A stretch of DNA of 15,039 nucleotides from contig WBXG01000039.1 in assembly GCA_008932965.1 (NCBI GenBank), forward strand, positions 1-15,039. Direction: 5' to 3'. Made by a program: the position numbers and the translations under genes. Source of the stretch: Verrucomicrobiota bacterium. GTDB lineage: Bacteria > Verrucomicrobiota > Verrucomicrobiia > Chthoniobacterales > UBA6821. Shown here one piece after another: positions 7,780 through 15,039 of this stretch (the first letter of the stretch is position 1; every line of letters starts with the position of its first letter). The notes under the pieces are model-generated. The model did no database searches, was not told where the DNA came from, and worked only from the letters and a program-made list of their open reading frames with translations.

Positions 7780-8415
7780 TTATTTTTTAGGTTGAATGAT
7801 GGCTCGATAGATTCCTGAGACCTGATGTACGTCACGATGAACGGGCGTACCAATCACCTCACTCATCATGTTGCATTCAAGGGATTCTACTTCGGGATAG
7901 AAGCTTGTAATTGAATGTAGTGGGTTGTGACTCTCGACAATTTTCCACGGTATTTCATTTTCAAAAAAAGCAAGATGCCCTTCACGGTCGCGCACTTGAG
8001 CAAATGCACGTGCACGTTCTTGACTGGTTACTCCTTGAATCGATTTTTTGTATTTTTCCGCCATAGCACGAAAATGGAGCATCAACATTTTTTGAGGAGC
8101 AGTAGGTCCAAAAAGTGTTCGTGCCACTTGTAAAAGAGAGAGTGAAAGATCATTGTTCTCTTCAGAAAAGAGCTCATAAGCCTTTTGGGTGAGTCGATAA
8201 TACATTAAGGGGCGACCGCGTCCTGCTGGTTGACGCCAGGTTTCTAAGTAGCCCTGGCGATGCATCGAGAGGCAATGTGCCTTGATACCCATGTAACTCA
8301 TCGAAAGTTGGGTGGCAAGATCACGCACAGACATTCCTTCCGCAGAGCGTTTGAGAAGTTCGAGAATGGAGAGCCGCTGACTGCGACCAATTTCACGGAC
8401 AATACGTCGTTTCAT
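7780..8415 (-). CDS. Winged-helix (ArsR-like, COG2345-type) transcriptional regulator
   Basis: The N-terminal wHTH is RLSILELLKRSAEGMSVRDLATQLSMSYMGIKAHCLSMHRQGYLETWRQPAGRGRPLMYYRLT. A C-terminal domain of about 130 aa follows. The ATG at 8415 overlaps the exonuclease gene by 23 nt. Confidence 0.75.
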   Translation of the reverse strand: MKRRIVREIGRSQRLSILELLKRSAEGMSVRDLATQLSMSYMGIKAHCLSMHRQGYLETWRQPAGRGRPLMYYRLTQKAYELFSEENNDLSLSLLQVARTLFGPTAPQKMLMLHFRAMAEKYKKSIQGVTSQERARAFAQVRDREGHLAFFENEIPWKIVESHNPLHSITSFYPEVESLECNMMSEVIGTPVHRDVHQVSGIYRAIIQPKK

Positions 8416-9370
8416 GAACCGTGGATTCTAGCACCTCTTGTTGTGTAGCAACAGAATCTATTTTATCTTCTTCAAAAGCAATTCCCCACCGCTGTGCTTC
8501 CTGCTCCATGTCTTTGGCCAAAGTGCGAAATTCTAAATAGTGAAGTTCCTGGATCAATGTTGGATAGTTGGGCTGGATCTCGAAGGACTCGATCGGAATA
8601 GGCAATGGAAGATCGAGATGCAATTGAATCATTTCACGATTTTGGAGTAACTGAGCATGAGAAGATTCTATTTTTGCATGAATTTTCGGGTCCAAATGAG
8701 GAGCCGTTAGTAATGCCTCAAGTGATCCAAATTGCTGAATCCATTTAGCTGCTGTTTTTTTACCAACCCCTGGAATTCCAGGAATATTATCTGCTGTATC
8801 TCCTGTGAGTGCCAAGAGATCGACAATTTGTGAAGGTTTCACCCCCCATTTTTCCTCTACTTCAGCTGGTCCAAGCAAGGCATGAGTGCGTGGTTTGGAA
8901 CCCTCTTCTTCAATGTCTGCTCTTGAAACAGAATAAATTCTTACCTCATCATTCACCAACTGCATGATATCTTTGTCATTGGTAGCTACGATCGATTCAA
9001 CTCCTCCTGCTTGAGCCGCTATGATGTAGGAAGCAATCAGGTCATCGGCTTCGGTTTGAGGAGCTGAAACACTTTTTACTCCTAGGGAAGTAATGAGTTT
9101 TTTAAGGGGCTCTTGCTGCACTTGCAATTCTTCTGGCATCTCTTCGCGGTGCTCTTTGTAGGATGGTTGAAGTGTTGTTCTTCGTTCTGGGAGTCCCGCA
9201 TCCCAAATTACAGCAGCCAAGTCAGGCTTGATATCAATAAGCATTTTGCGCAGTGCTTTGATGAACCCATAAATCGCATTAGTAGGTTCTCCGCGAGAGT
9301 TCTTTAAACCGCGAATTGCAAAAAAAGAACGGTAAAGGTAATAGTGACCATCAACGAGGAGTAGTCTCAT
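8393..9370 (-). CDS. Stand-alone 5'-3' exonuclease / flap endonuclease (PolI N-terminal-domain family)
   Basis: It has MRLLLVDGHYYLYRSFFA, the metal-site motif IVATNDKDIMQL, and the H3TH motif LTGDTADNIPGIPGVGKKTAAKWI. At 325 aa it has no polymerase or 3'-5' exonuclease domains. Confidence 0.88.
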   Translation of the reverse strand: MRLLLVDGHYYLYRSFFAIRGLKNSRGEPTNAIYGFIKALRKMLIDIKPDLAAVIWDAGLPERRTTLQPSYKEHREEMPEELQVQQEPLKKLITSLGVKSVSAPQTEADDLIASYIIAAQAGGVESIVATNDKDIMQLVNDEVRIYSVSRADIEEEGSKPRTHALLGPAEVEEKWGVKPSQIVDLLALTGDTADNIPGIPGVGKKTAAKWIQQFGSLEALLTAPHLDPKIHAKIESSHAQLLQNREMIQLHLDLPLPIPIESFEIQPNYPTLIQELHYLEFRTLAKDMEQEAQRWGIAFEEDKIDSVATQQEVLESTVHETTYCP

Positions 9371-9599
9371 AGAGTTTTTAATGTTAAAGGCCTCAGTTTC
9401 CGGAAGAACATCTGATCTTGACGCACCTTATGGCACCAGGTAACAAAGTGCAGCTTCAAAATAAGTTCACCATTACTTGTAACTAGTAGTGATTGAAATA
9501 AGTGAGGAGAATGATTGGGTGTTATACAAATTCGAATGTGGGTGAGCTCTAATAGAAATACGATGAGTTAATAGCTTCTGACAATATGATACTGATACA

Positions 9600-10427
9600 A
9601 TGATAAAACCTAAAATCTATTTAGGTTTACTCTTTTTTTTCTATTTGCTTGTGCACCTTAACTTGCTTGTAGCTGATGAGGTTTCTTTTTTAGTTCAGGA
9701 AAATAATACGATTCTTCAGAAGCAAGGAGACGTCACAAGAGCCTTTGTAGACTATTCCACCCTCAAGATTGCCCTCAGTGTTATTGGGTTTAATGAAGGG
9801 ATTCTCATTGATGAAACAGATCCTCAAATCGATTGTGACAAGAATAATGAGGCCTCTTCTAGTTGGATGACCTCTATTTTTCGAAACTCCTACAATCCTA
9901 GGACATGGTTGAGGCACGAGCATGGCAATTGCACCTATGGTTCTGTCTGGTATTCTGATTGGATTCTTCAGCAACTTGGTATTGAAAAACTCCAAAAATA
10001 CCTTGCTTCCTTTCAATATGGTGAGAGCGAGAGCCTGAAATTTTCTAATAATCAAAGAGAGTCGATATTTTTGTACTTCAAAAACAACCTTAAAATATCC
10101 ACCGAAGAACAAGTTGTGTTCTTACAAAAGCTTTTAGCATCTCAACTTCCTGCAAGCCCAAGAGCACAGGAAATAACTCGCAATAACCTCTACATGGATA
10201 GGTTTCCCAATGGATGGAAACTTTATGGTAAATGCTGCACAGGACCCCATGATACCTTTCTAGTCCCTCATGGAACCTGGTTTGTAGGATGGATAGAAAA
10301 AGGAGAGCGCAAAATTATTTTTGCTTATCATTCCTATGATTCCAAAAACGCTCTTTTGCCATTTGGTATCTTGGCTAAAGGGGTCGTTAAAGAAAAATTA
10401 CAAATGATGATTTTCTCCATGAAGTAA
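9600..10427 (+). CDS. Secreted class D beta-lactamase / BlaR1-sensor-like penicillin-recognising fold protein with non-canonical motifs
   Basis: It has a signal peptide (MIKPKIYLGLLFFFYLLVHLNLLVA) and an S-x-x-K motif, STLK, at 9756..9767. LQKYLASFQYGE corresponds to MQKYLKKFSYGN of OXA enzymes. GTWFVGWIEKGERKIIFAY corresponds to the OXA W-x-V-G-W-V-E block. The KTG position reads K-C-C (10230..10238). Confidence 0.7.
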   Translation: MIKPKIYLGLLFFFYLLVHLNLLVADEVSFLVQENNTILQKQGDVTRAFVDYSTLKIALSVIGFNEGILIDETDPQIDCDKNNEASSSWMTSIFRNSYNPRTWLRHEHGNCTYGSVWYSDWILQQLGIEKLQKYLASFQYGESESLKFSNNQRESIFLYFKNNLKISTEEQVVFLQKLLASQLPASPRAQEITRNNLYMDRFPNGWKLYGKCCTGPHDTFLVPHGTWFVGWIEKGERKIIFAYHSYDSKNALLPFGILAKGVVKEKLQMMIFSMK

Positions 10428-10451
10428 GGACCTGTTTCTATCAAAACTGGA

Positions 10452-11486
10452 TTATGGAATTGCCCCAAATGATTGATGAAGCCAGCGATAAGGAAAGCGT
10501 TTTCCCGGACAGTCGGTTGGTCTTGGATTAATTTCTTTGTGGGCGTAGACGAGTGCTGGATGTCCTTGCGATTTGCCAACACGGACTCGCAAGCAAGTGA
10601 TCAATTCTTGAAGTACTGCAATTTGTTTTTTGGTTGGTATATCACGATTGTAATCACCTACCAAACAGATCCCAAGTGAGATATCATTGAGGTAATCACT
10701 AGCAACATGTCCTCCATTAAGCTGAGCCGTCCAGCGATGTCCTATCTCGACTTCGCCATCACCTGAGTCGTGACCATTCCCAATGACAAAATGATACGCG
10801 AGACCATTCACCATTTTTCTGACACGACGGTGGTAAATGTCAAAAATGCGTGCATTTCCTGAGCGGGTGCCACTGTTGTGAACAATGATATATTTCCATC
10901 TTGCACGCCGTACATGAGCCCGTTCTATAGCTCTTTGTACTGAATAAGAAAGATAGTGATAGGAATTAGAATCATGATGATTTCCAAAAAGCCAGTCGAG
11001 GCCGTGTGATTTGGAATGCATTGATTCTGGAGGAGGCTCTAATCCTTGATCTGGGATTTTTCCTGATTTTTCAATAACAATGGGTTTCGAATCATTAATA
11101 GGAATAATGATATCGTGGGAGGTGTCATTACTTGGTGCAATGGCAGCTACCGAAGAGGTTTGGGAGTGGGAAGCATGCGCTGCTGTGGATGTTTTGTGAA
11201 GACCTGAGGAGCTTTTTGTGCTGCTCGTTGACGAGGAGTGATGTTTTTTATGGGAGGTCGAAGAGGATTGTCTTCTATGTACCGAAGAATGGTGGGACGG
11301 ATGCGGTGTTTTTTTAGATTCTAGAAAGAGGGCCTGCTTTTGTTGTTCGCTTAGAGCAGCATGTCCACACCAACAGAATCCTCCTAACAAGCTTATTAAA
11401 AAAAGCAAAGAGGATAAGCGCTGATGAAATATATAAGAGGTGCCCATTAAAGAGATTAGAATTTTGCGATTTTCCCCTAAACTCAT
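10452..11486 (-). CDS. N-acetylmuramoyl-L-alanine amidase (Amidase_2/PGRP/AmpD fold) with N-terminal TM segment and His/Ser-rich linker
   Basis: The C-terminal domain reads YIIVHNSGT...YHFVIGNG...GGHV...LGICLVGDY...VYAHKEINPRPTDCPGKRFP. The zinc-ligand pattern is H...H-x9-C, in register with AmpD HSDIAPGRKTDPG. There is a hydrophobic segment, LSSLLFLISLLGGFCWC. Its ATG directly abuts the truA stop (TGAATG). Confidence 0.82.
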   Translation of the reverse strand: MSLGENRKILISLMGTSYIFHQRLSSLLFLISLLGGFCWCGHAALSEQQKQALFLESKKTPHPSHHSSVHRRQSSSTSHKKHHSSSTSSTKSSSGLHKTSTAAHASHSQTSSVAAIAPSNDTSHDIIIPINDSKPIVIEKSGKIPDQGLEPPPESMHSKSHGLDWLFGNHHDSNSYHYLSYSVQRAIERAHVRRARWKYIIVHNSGTRSGNARIFDIYHRRVRKMVNGLAYHFVIGNGHDSGDGEVEIGHRWTAQLNGGHVASDYLNDISLGICLVGDYNRDIPTKKQIAVLQELITCLRVRVGKSQGHPALVYAHKEINPRPTDCPGKRFPYRWLHQSFGAIP

Positions 11487-12263
11487 TCACATCTCAACTC
11501 CTAAACCATTTATTTTTTTATAAAAAATACGGACCAAATAAAGACCTGCTGCAGGTGCTGTATGTGGTGCGATCGGAGCTTGAGCTCCATGAAGACGCAG
11601 CAAAAAATCCTTCGGATCGGTTTTCTCACGAGCTACGTGGACGATGGCTCCTGCAAGCATGCGGACCATGTGGTAGAGAAATCCGTTTCCATGAAAAATC
11701 AAACTGATCTCTTTTCCCCGTTGAGCGACCTTAACAGAATAGAGGTCACGGATGGTGTTTTTTTGTGCAGCTCCGGATCTTGCTGTGAATCCTCGAAAGT
11801 CATGTATTCCGCTAATAATACTAGCCATCTCTTTCATCAAAGAAAAATTGAGAGGACCATGGATGTGCCAGGCTCGTTGGTAGAGTAGGGGAGGTAAGGT
11901 GTGATCATGCCAGAGAAGATAGCGGTAGATTTTACTTTGAGCACAAAAACGTGCATGAAATGTTTTTGAAACGCGCTGTGCTCGAAGAATGCGCACCTGC
12001 GGTGGAAGTGAGGCATTTAAGGCAGACTGCCATCGTTCTGGAGAGCTCATTTTTGGAGAGACTTCTCCTAGAGTGACGTGCGCCACTTGTGCTAGAGCAT
12101 GTACCCCAGCATCGGTACGACTGGCTCCATGCACAATAATGCGATGACCAGCGATATCAGCAAATGCAGATTCAATAATATCTTGAACCGTTTTTTTGTG
12201 GGATTGACTCTGCCAACCTGAAAAACAGGATCCATCATAGGCAATCGTGAGTTTGAGATTCAT
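11487..12263 (-). CDS. truA: tRNA pseudouridine(38-40) synthase
   Basis: It has LTIAYDGSCFSGWQSQ at the N-terminus, the catalytic-Asp motif GASRTDAGVHA, and FLYHMVRMLAG. Confidence 0.9.
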   Translation of the reverse strand: MNLKLTIAYDGSCFSGWQSQSHKKTVQDIIESAFADIAGHRIIVHGASRTDAGVHALAQVAHVTLGEVSPKMSSPERWQSALNASLPPQVRILRAQRVSKTFHARFCAQSKIYRYLLWHDHTLPPLLYQRAWHIHGPLNFSLMKEMASIISGIHDFRGFTARSGAAQKNTIRDLYSVKVAQRGKEISLIFHGNGFLYHMVRMLAGAIVHVAREKTDPKDFLLRLHGAQAPIAPHTAPAAGLYLVRIFYKKINGLGVEM

Positions 12264-12289
12264 AAAAAGTAAGAGTAAGCAAGGAGGAG

Positions 12290-12562
12290 CAGTCCAGATA
12301 CTTCACACTAAATTTATTACGGCTTGTGGAAAGCTCTATAGTTACTGCGTCGGTCTTACCTTGTGATTGGAGCGGTAGGGACTCATGCAGCCCTGCATCA
12401 AAATGCTTGCTTGCGTTGACTCGCTAGCTCCCACTCGTCTCGCCCTTTCAGGACTGCTAAGTTGTGCTAAGGGCTGTCTCCCCCGCGGTCTACCGAACGC
12501 TGGTGGTGCCCCATCAGCCCTCGCGGCTTCCTCGTCACGATCAGTATGAAATATCCGTGTTA
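12290..12562. repeat. MITE-like GC-rich intergenic repeat, copy C (divergent full-length copy)
   Basis: The reverse complement of the right terminus (taacacggatatttcatactgatcg) matches the family TIR. The degenerate left terminus around 12290..12312 matches copy B at 15/30 positions ungapped, anchored on the shared cggcttg. The core 12393..12555 aligns with copy A 86..237, with an 11-nt insertion. The boundaries are accurate to about 10 nt. Confidence 0.7.
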
Positions 12563-12575
12563 AGAAAAGCATTCC

Positions 12576-12992
12576 TCAAGTATTGCTTTTTTGTGAATCC
12601 ATCCAATCTTGCAAGATTTGTTGAGCAGCAACTTGATCAATGATGGAACGCTGCTGTTTACTAGATCGACCTGCCTCATGGAGGCTGCGAGCAGCAGCAG
12701 CAGTGGTAAGTCGCTCATCCCAGAGAATGACCTTGGCCTCAGTTTTTTTTTGAAGTTCTTGAGCAAAGTTGCTGCATTGTTCTGATGCAGGGCCATATGT
12801 TCCATTCATATTGCGTGGAAGACCCACTACAATGGTGGTCACCTTTTTTTCCAATGCAAGACGTGTGATTTCTGTGATGCTTTGAGGAGAGCGGGCGAGG
12901 GTTTGCCATGGATGTGCCATCCACCCAAGTTCATCACTCATTGCTAATCCAATTCTGACAGTACCTAAATCAATTCCGAGTATGCGATTCAT
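12576..12992 (-). CDS. ruvX: Holliday-junction-resolvase-like putative pre-16S rRNA nuclease (YqgF family)
   Basis: It has MNRILGIDLGTVRIGLAMSD at the N-terminus, VVGLPRNMNGT, and DERLTT. The 138-aa size is typical for the family. Confidence 0.88.
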   Translation of the reverse strand: MNRILGIDLGTVRIGLAMSDELGWMAHPWQTLARSPQSITEITRLALEKKVTTIVVGLPRNMNGTYGPASEQCSNFAQELQKKTEAKVILWDERLTTAAAARSLHEAGRSSKQQRSIIDQVAAQQILQDWMDSQKSNT

Positions 12993-13093
12993 CGCTTCGT
13001 AGTGTACTTGCTTTTGTTAGGAAAAGTGAGCTCATTTTTACTCTTATTTTCTACTTGATAATAAATAGAGCTCATGTCAGCATCCTCGCCTCC

Positions 13094-13354
13094 ATGAAAT
13101 CTGGCAAACATCCCGAATATAACGAAACAACAATTATCTGTGCCTGTGGCGCTGTTTATCAAACACGCTCCACTCGGGAGCAACTTAAAATTGGTATCTG
13201 TGCTGCGTGTCACCCCTTCTTTACCGGAGAGCAGAAGTTTATTGATACAGCAGGTCGTGTTGAAAAATTTGCAAGACGCTACGGTAGTGTTAAAGCGACC
13301 CGTGCTACAATACCTCGGGCAGCCCATACAGCAGTGGTTGGAAAAAAAAGATAA
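13094..13354 (+). CDS. rpmE: 50S ribosomal protein L31 (Zn-ribbon type)
   Basis: The sequence is MKSGKHPEYNETTIICACGAVYQTRSTREQLKIGICAACHPFFTGEQKFIDTAGRVEKFARRYG, with the cysteine pattern CxC...CxxC. The start was chosen at the ATG at 13094 rather than the track ORF start at 13055. Confidence 0.9.
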   Translation: MKSGKHPEYNETTIICACGAVYQTRSTREQLKIGICAACHPFFTGEQKFIDTAGRVEKFARRYGSVKATRATIPRAAHTAVVGKKR

Positions 13355-13381
13355 ACTTCTCAATGTTGTTTTGAGGTTGAG

Positions 13382-13435
13382 TCTCACAAGCTTTCTGATC
13401 TCATCGGTTCCTGGCTTGTGTGAGGTGGTTTCTTA
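13382..13435 (+). terminator. Hairpin plus T-rich tract between rpmE and prfA (possible weak terminator/attenuator)
   Basis: The left arm ctcacaagc (13383..13391) pairs with gcttgtgtgag (13414..13424), with a 2-nt bulge. The loop is 22 nt and is followed by gtggtttcttaattt. The long loop and interrupted T-tract make it atypical. Confidence 0.3.
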
Positions 13436-13512
13436 ATTTGGAGCTGTTGTCTTTTTTAAAAAATCTCTTCTCCCGTTCAATAGTTATACGTTACCTGCCA
13501 CAAGTTATTTCC

Positions 13513-14607
13513 ATGCCTGTCGATTTCACGCACCTTTTGACTCAGCGCCGTGAGCATTTTTCAGAATTGGAACGTAAAATTAGCTCCCCTGATCTTTTTC
13601 AAGATGCCAAACAAGCACGTACTTTATTACAAGAGCATGCTCGTCTCAAAGAGCTATTAGAGACGGCCAATCAGCTTGAAAAAGCGCGTCGTGATCACCA
13701 AGAGAGTGAGCTTCTTGTGAAAGGAAATGATCCCGAGCTTGCTGAAATGGCAGCTGGAGAGCTTCAAGAACTACAACAAAAAATTCCTCTTTTAGAACAA
13801 GCATTGCATATTAGATTTTTACCTCCTCAGGCAGACGATGACCGCGATGCTATTGTGGAAATTCGTGCTGGTACTGGAGGATCAGAGGCTGGACTCTTTG
13901 CTGGTGATCTTTACCGCATGTATACGCGTTATGCTGAAAATACTGGTTTAAAATGTGAGCTTATTGAAGGAAGTTCCGGGGAAATCGGAGGCTTTAAAGA
14001 AGTTATTTTTCAAGTGAGCGGAGAACAAGTTTTTCGTAAACTTCGTTATGAAAGTGGGGTGCATCGTGTGCAACGTGTTCCAGCTACAGAAACACAAGGC
14101 CGGATTCACACCTCTACAGCAACAGTGGCTGTTTTGCCGGAAGCTGATGAGGTTGATATTGTCTTGCGCCCACAGGATCTTCGTATTGAGGTGTGTCGGT
14201 CTGGTGGACCAGGTGGACAAGGGGTTAATACAACCGATTCTGCTGTTCAAATTTTGCATCTTCCTACCGGAAAAATCGTTCGGTGCCAAGATGGCCGTAG
14301 TCAGCAAAAGAATAAAGAAAAAGCTCTTCAAATTTTACGAGCACGTTTGTTAGAAGAAAAAAGAAAAGAAGAAGAAGAAAAATACTCCGAACATCGTCGT
14401 CAGCAAATTGGTACTGGCGGTCGCGAAGAAAAAATAAGAACTTATAATTTCCCTCAAAATCGGCTTACTGACCATCGTATTGGACTTACTCTTTATAATT
14501 TAGATCGTATCATGGAGGGAGATTTAGAAGGGCTCATTGGAGCTTTGGAGGCTGCTGATTTAGAGCGGCGGCTTGAAGAGTCTGCAAACGGATCTGCTCA
14601 AAAATAA
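13513..14607 (+). CDS. prfA: Peptide chain release factor 1
   Basis: It has the GGQ motif (RSGGPGGQGVNTTDSAV) and the RF1-specific PxT tripeptide context (RVPATETQGRIHTSTATV). There is no SPF motif. The start was chosen at the ATG at 13513 (MPVDFTHLLTQRREHFSELE), and the upstream 31 codons of the track ORF look non-homologous. Confidence 0.92.
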   Translation: MPVDFTHLLTQRREHFSELERKISSPDLFQDAKQARTLLQEHARLKELLETANQLEKARRDHQESELLVKGNDPELAEMAAGELQELQQKIPLLEQALHIRFLPPQADDDRDAIVEIRAGTGGSEAGLFAGDLYRMYTRYAENTGLKCELIEGSSGEIGGFKEVIFQVSGEQVFRKLRYESGVHRVQRVPATETQGRIHTSTATVAVLPEADEVDIVLRPQDLRIEVCRSGGPGGQGVNTTDSAVQILHLPTGKIVRCQDGRSQQKNKEKALQILRARLLEEKRKEEEEKYSEHRRQQIGTGGREEKIRTYNFPQNRLTDHRIGLTLYNLDRIMEGDLEGLIGALEAADLERRLEESANGSAQK

Positions 14608-14666
14608 AGGAAAAAAAGTGGTCCAATTAGATGAGATGCTCCCTGTGCTAATTTACCTACTTCGGA

Positions 14667-15039
14667 ATGACTACTCCAACATCAGTTACTCTTTTAGAGG
14701 TCTTACAAGGAGGTGCTGATTTTTTAAAAAAGAATCAAGTAGACCAATCACGACTCAATGTAGAGCATCTTCTTGCCCATGTTCTTGGTATTCCTAGATT
14801 AGAGCTCTATTTGCAGTTTGATCGTCTCTTGCATGAAAAAGAGCTTGTTCCTTTGCGCGAGTATTTACGAAAACGAAGCAAAGGAATTCCACTGCAGCAT
14901 TTGTTGGGCACAGTCGATTTTTTTGGAAGAATCTTTTTAAGTGATCCCCGTGCATTGATTCCACGGCCAGAAACGGAGCAGCTGGTAGAACGAGCTCTCA
15001 CCTATAAAAACAAAGAACGGATCCTCGATGTAGGGACCG
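14667..15039 (+). CDS. prmC: Release factor glutamine N5-methyltransferase (PrmC/HemK), 5' part only (runs off the window)
   Basis: I translated this open frame by hand from the ATG at 14667. It reads [55 protein letters not shown]...[39 protein letters not shown]...ILDVGT. This is the typical HemK N-terminal domain plus the start of the SAM-binding motif. The position after prfA is classical. Confidence 0.85.
   Translation, partial: MTTPTSVTLLEVLQGGADFLKKNQVDQSRLNVEHLLAHVLGIPRLELYLQFDRLLHEKELVPLREYLRKRSKGIPLQHLLGTVDFFGRIFLSDPRALIPRPETEQLVERALTYKNKERILDVGT

Noticed and set aside
7773-7853. N-terminal extensions of the track ORFs for galE (to 7853), prfA (from 13420) and rpmE (from 13055).
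   Set aside because: In each case the conserved family N-terminus begins at an internal ATG (7772, 13513 and 13094). The extensions overlap neighbouring genes or intergenic structure and show no family-like sequence.
9391-9404. An 8-bp palindrome, TTCCGGAA, in the divergent 229-nt region between the exonuclease and the OXA-like gene could be an operator for the nearby wHTH regulator.
   Set aside because: An 8-bp perfect palindrome is expected about once by chance in a region this size, and there is no second half-site or repeat.
9506-9556. A GAGGAG followed by an ATG opens a 13-codon mini-ORF (MIGCYTNSNVGEL) upstream of the OXA-like gene, possibly a leader peptide.
   Set aside because: The spacing between the SD-like sequence and the ATG is only about 1 nt. 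No attenuator-like alternative hairpins follow. Other genes in the window do not use SD sequences.
1-12562. Three similar repeats might suggest a CRISPR array.
   Set aside because: The repeats are 180-270 bp long, kilobases apart and separated by housekeeping genes. There are no short regular repeat-spacer units and no cas genes.
12989-13387. A 132-aa minus-strand ORF, and a 98-aa plus-strand ORF at 13140..13436, overlap rpmE.
   Set aside because: These are shadow ORFs over a clearly recognisable L31 gene, with Cys/Thr/Asn-rich nonsense composition. The same reasoning applies to the antisense or off-frame ORFs at 2671..2922, 3649..3879, 5602..5859, 5788..6000, 6180..6419, 7001..7198, 7077..7316, 7927..8133, 8260..8448, 9113..9307, 9690..10112, 10334..10582, 10473..10679, 11132..11317, 11562..11888, 12560..12805, 12739..12924, 13948..14331, 14048..14353 and 14807..15001.
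13513-14607. I checked the release factor gene for a programmed +1 frameshift.
   Set aside because: The protein is RF1 (PAT motif, no SPF) and the ORF is continuous. The frameshift is a feature of RF2 (prfB) only.

Overview
This is a gene-dense, mostly housekeeping segment of a bacterial chromosome. It is AT-leaning, at roughly 40% G+C in the stretches I counted by hand, and most start codons lack an obvious GGAGG-type Shine-Dalgarno sequence. The minus strand from 9370 to 357 carries a tightly packed, partly overlapping array. In order it encodes a stand-alone 5'-3' exonuclease, a winged-helix regulator, galE, tatD, a polar-amino-acid ABC permease and ATPase, an ExbB/TolQ-type channel, ExbD/TolR, and a 792-aa membrane-anchored TPR protein. 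A plus-strand secreted class-D-beta-lactamase-like protein (9600..10427) converges on a minus-strand block of an Amidase_2 peptidoglycan amidase, truA and ruvX. A plus-strand rpmE-prfA-prmC block runs off the right edge. I found no rRNA, tRNA, CRISPR array, transposase or recognisable defence genes. The main structure that genes do not explain is a family of three GC-rich intergenic repeats of about 180-270 bp (1..243, 4203..4383, 12290..12562). They have imperfect terminal inverted repeats and all lie in the same orientation, so they look like MITEs, possibly with RNA or ssDNA structure. Secondary curiosities are non-canonical motifs in the OXA-like protein, an unusually long exbB-exbD spacer containing three tandem AGGTGC repeats, and an ExbBD-TPR module with no TonB/TolA gene. 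I see no convincing evidence of a novel multi-gene system, and all homology calls rest on motif recognition by eye.
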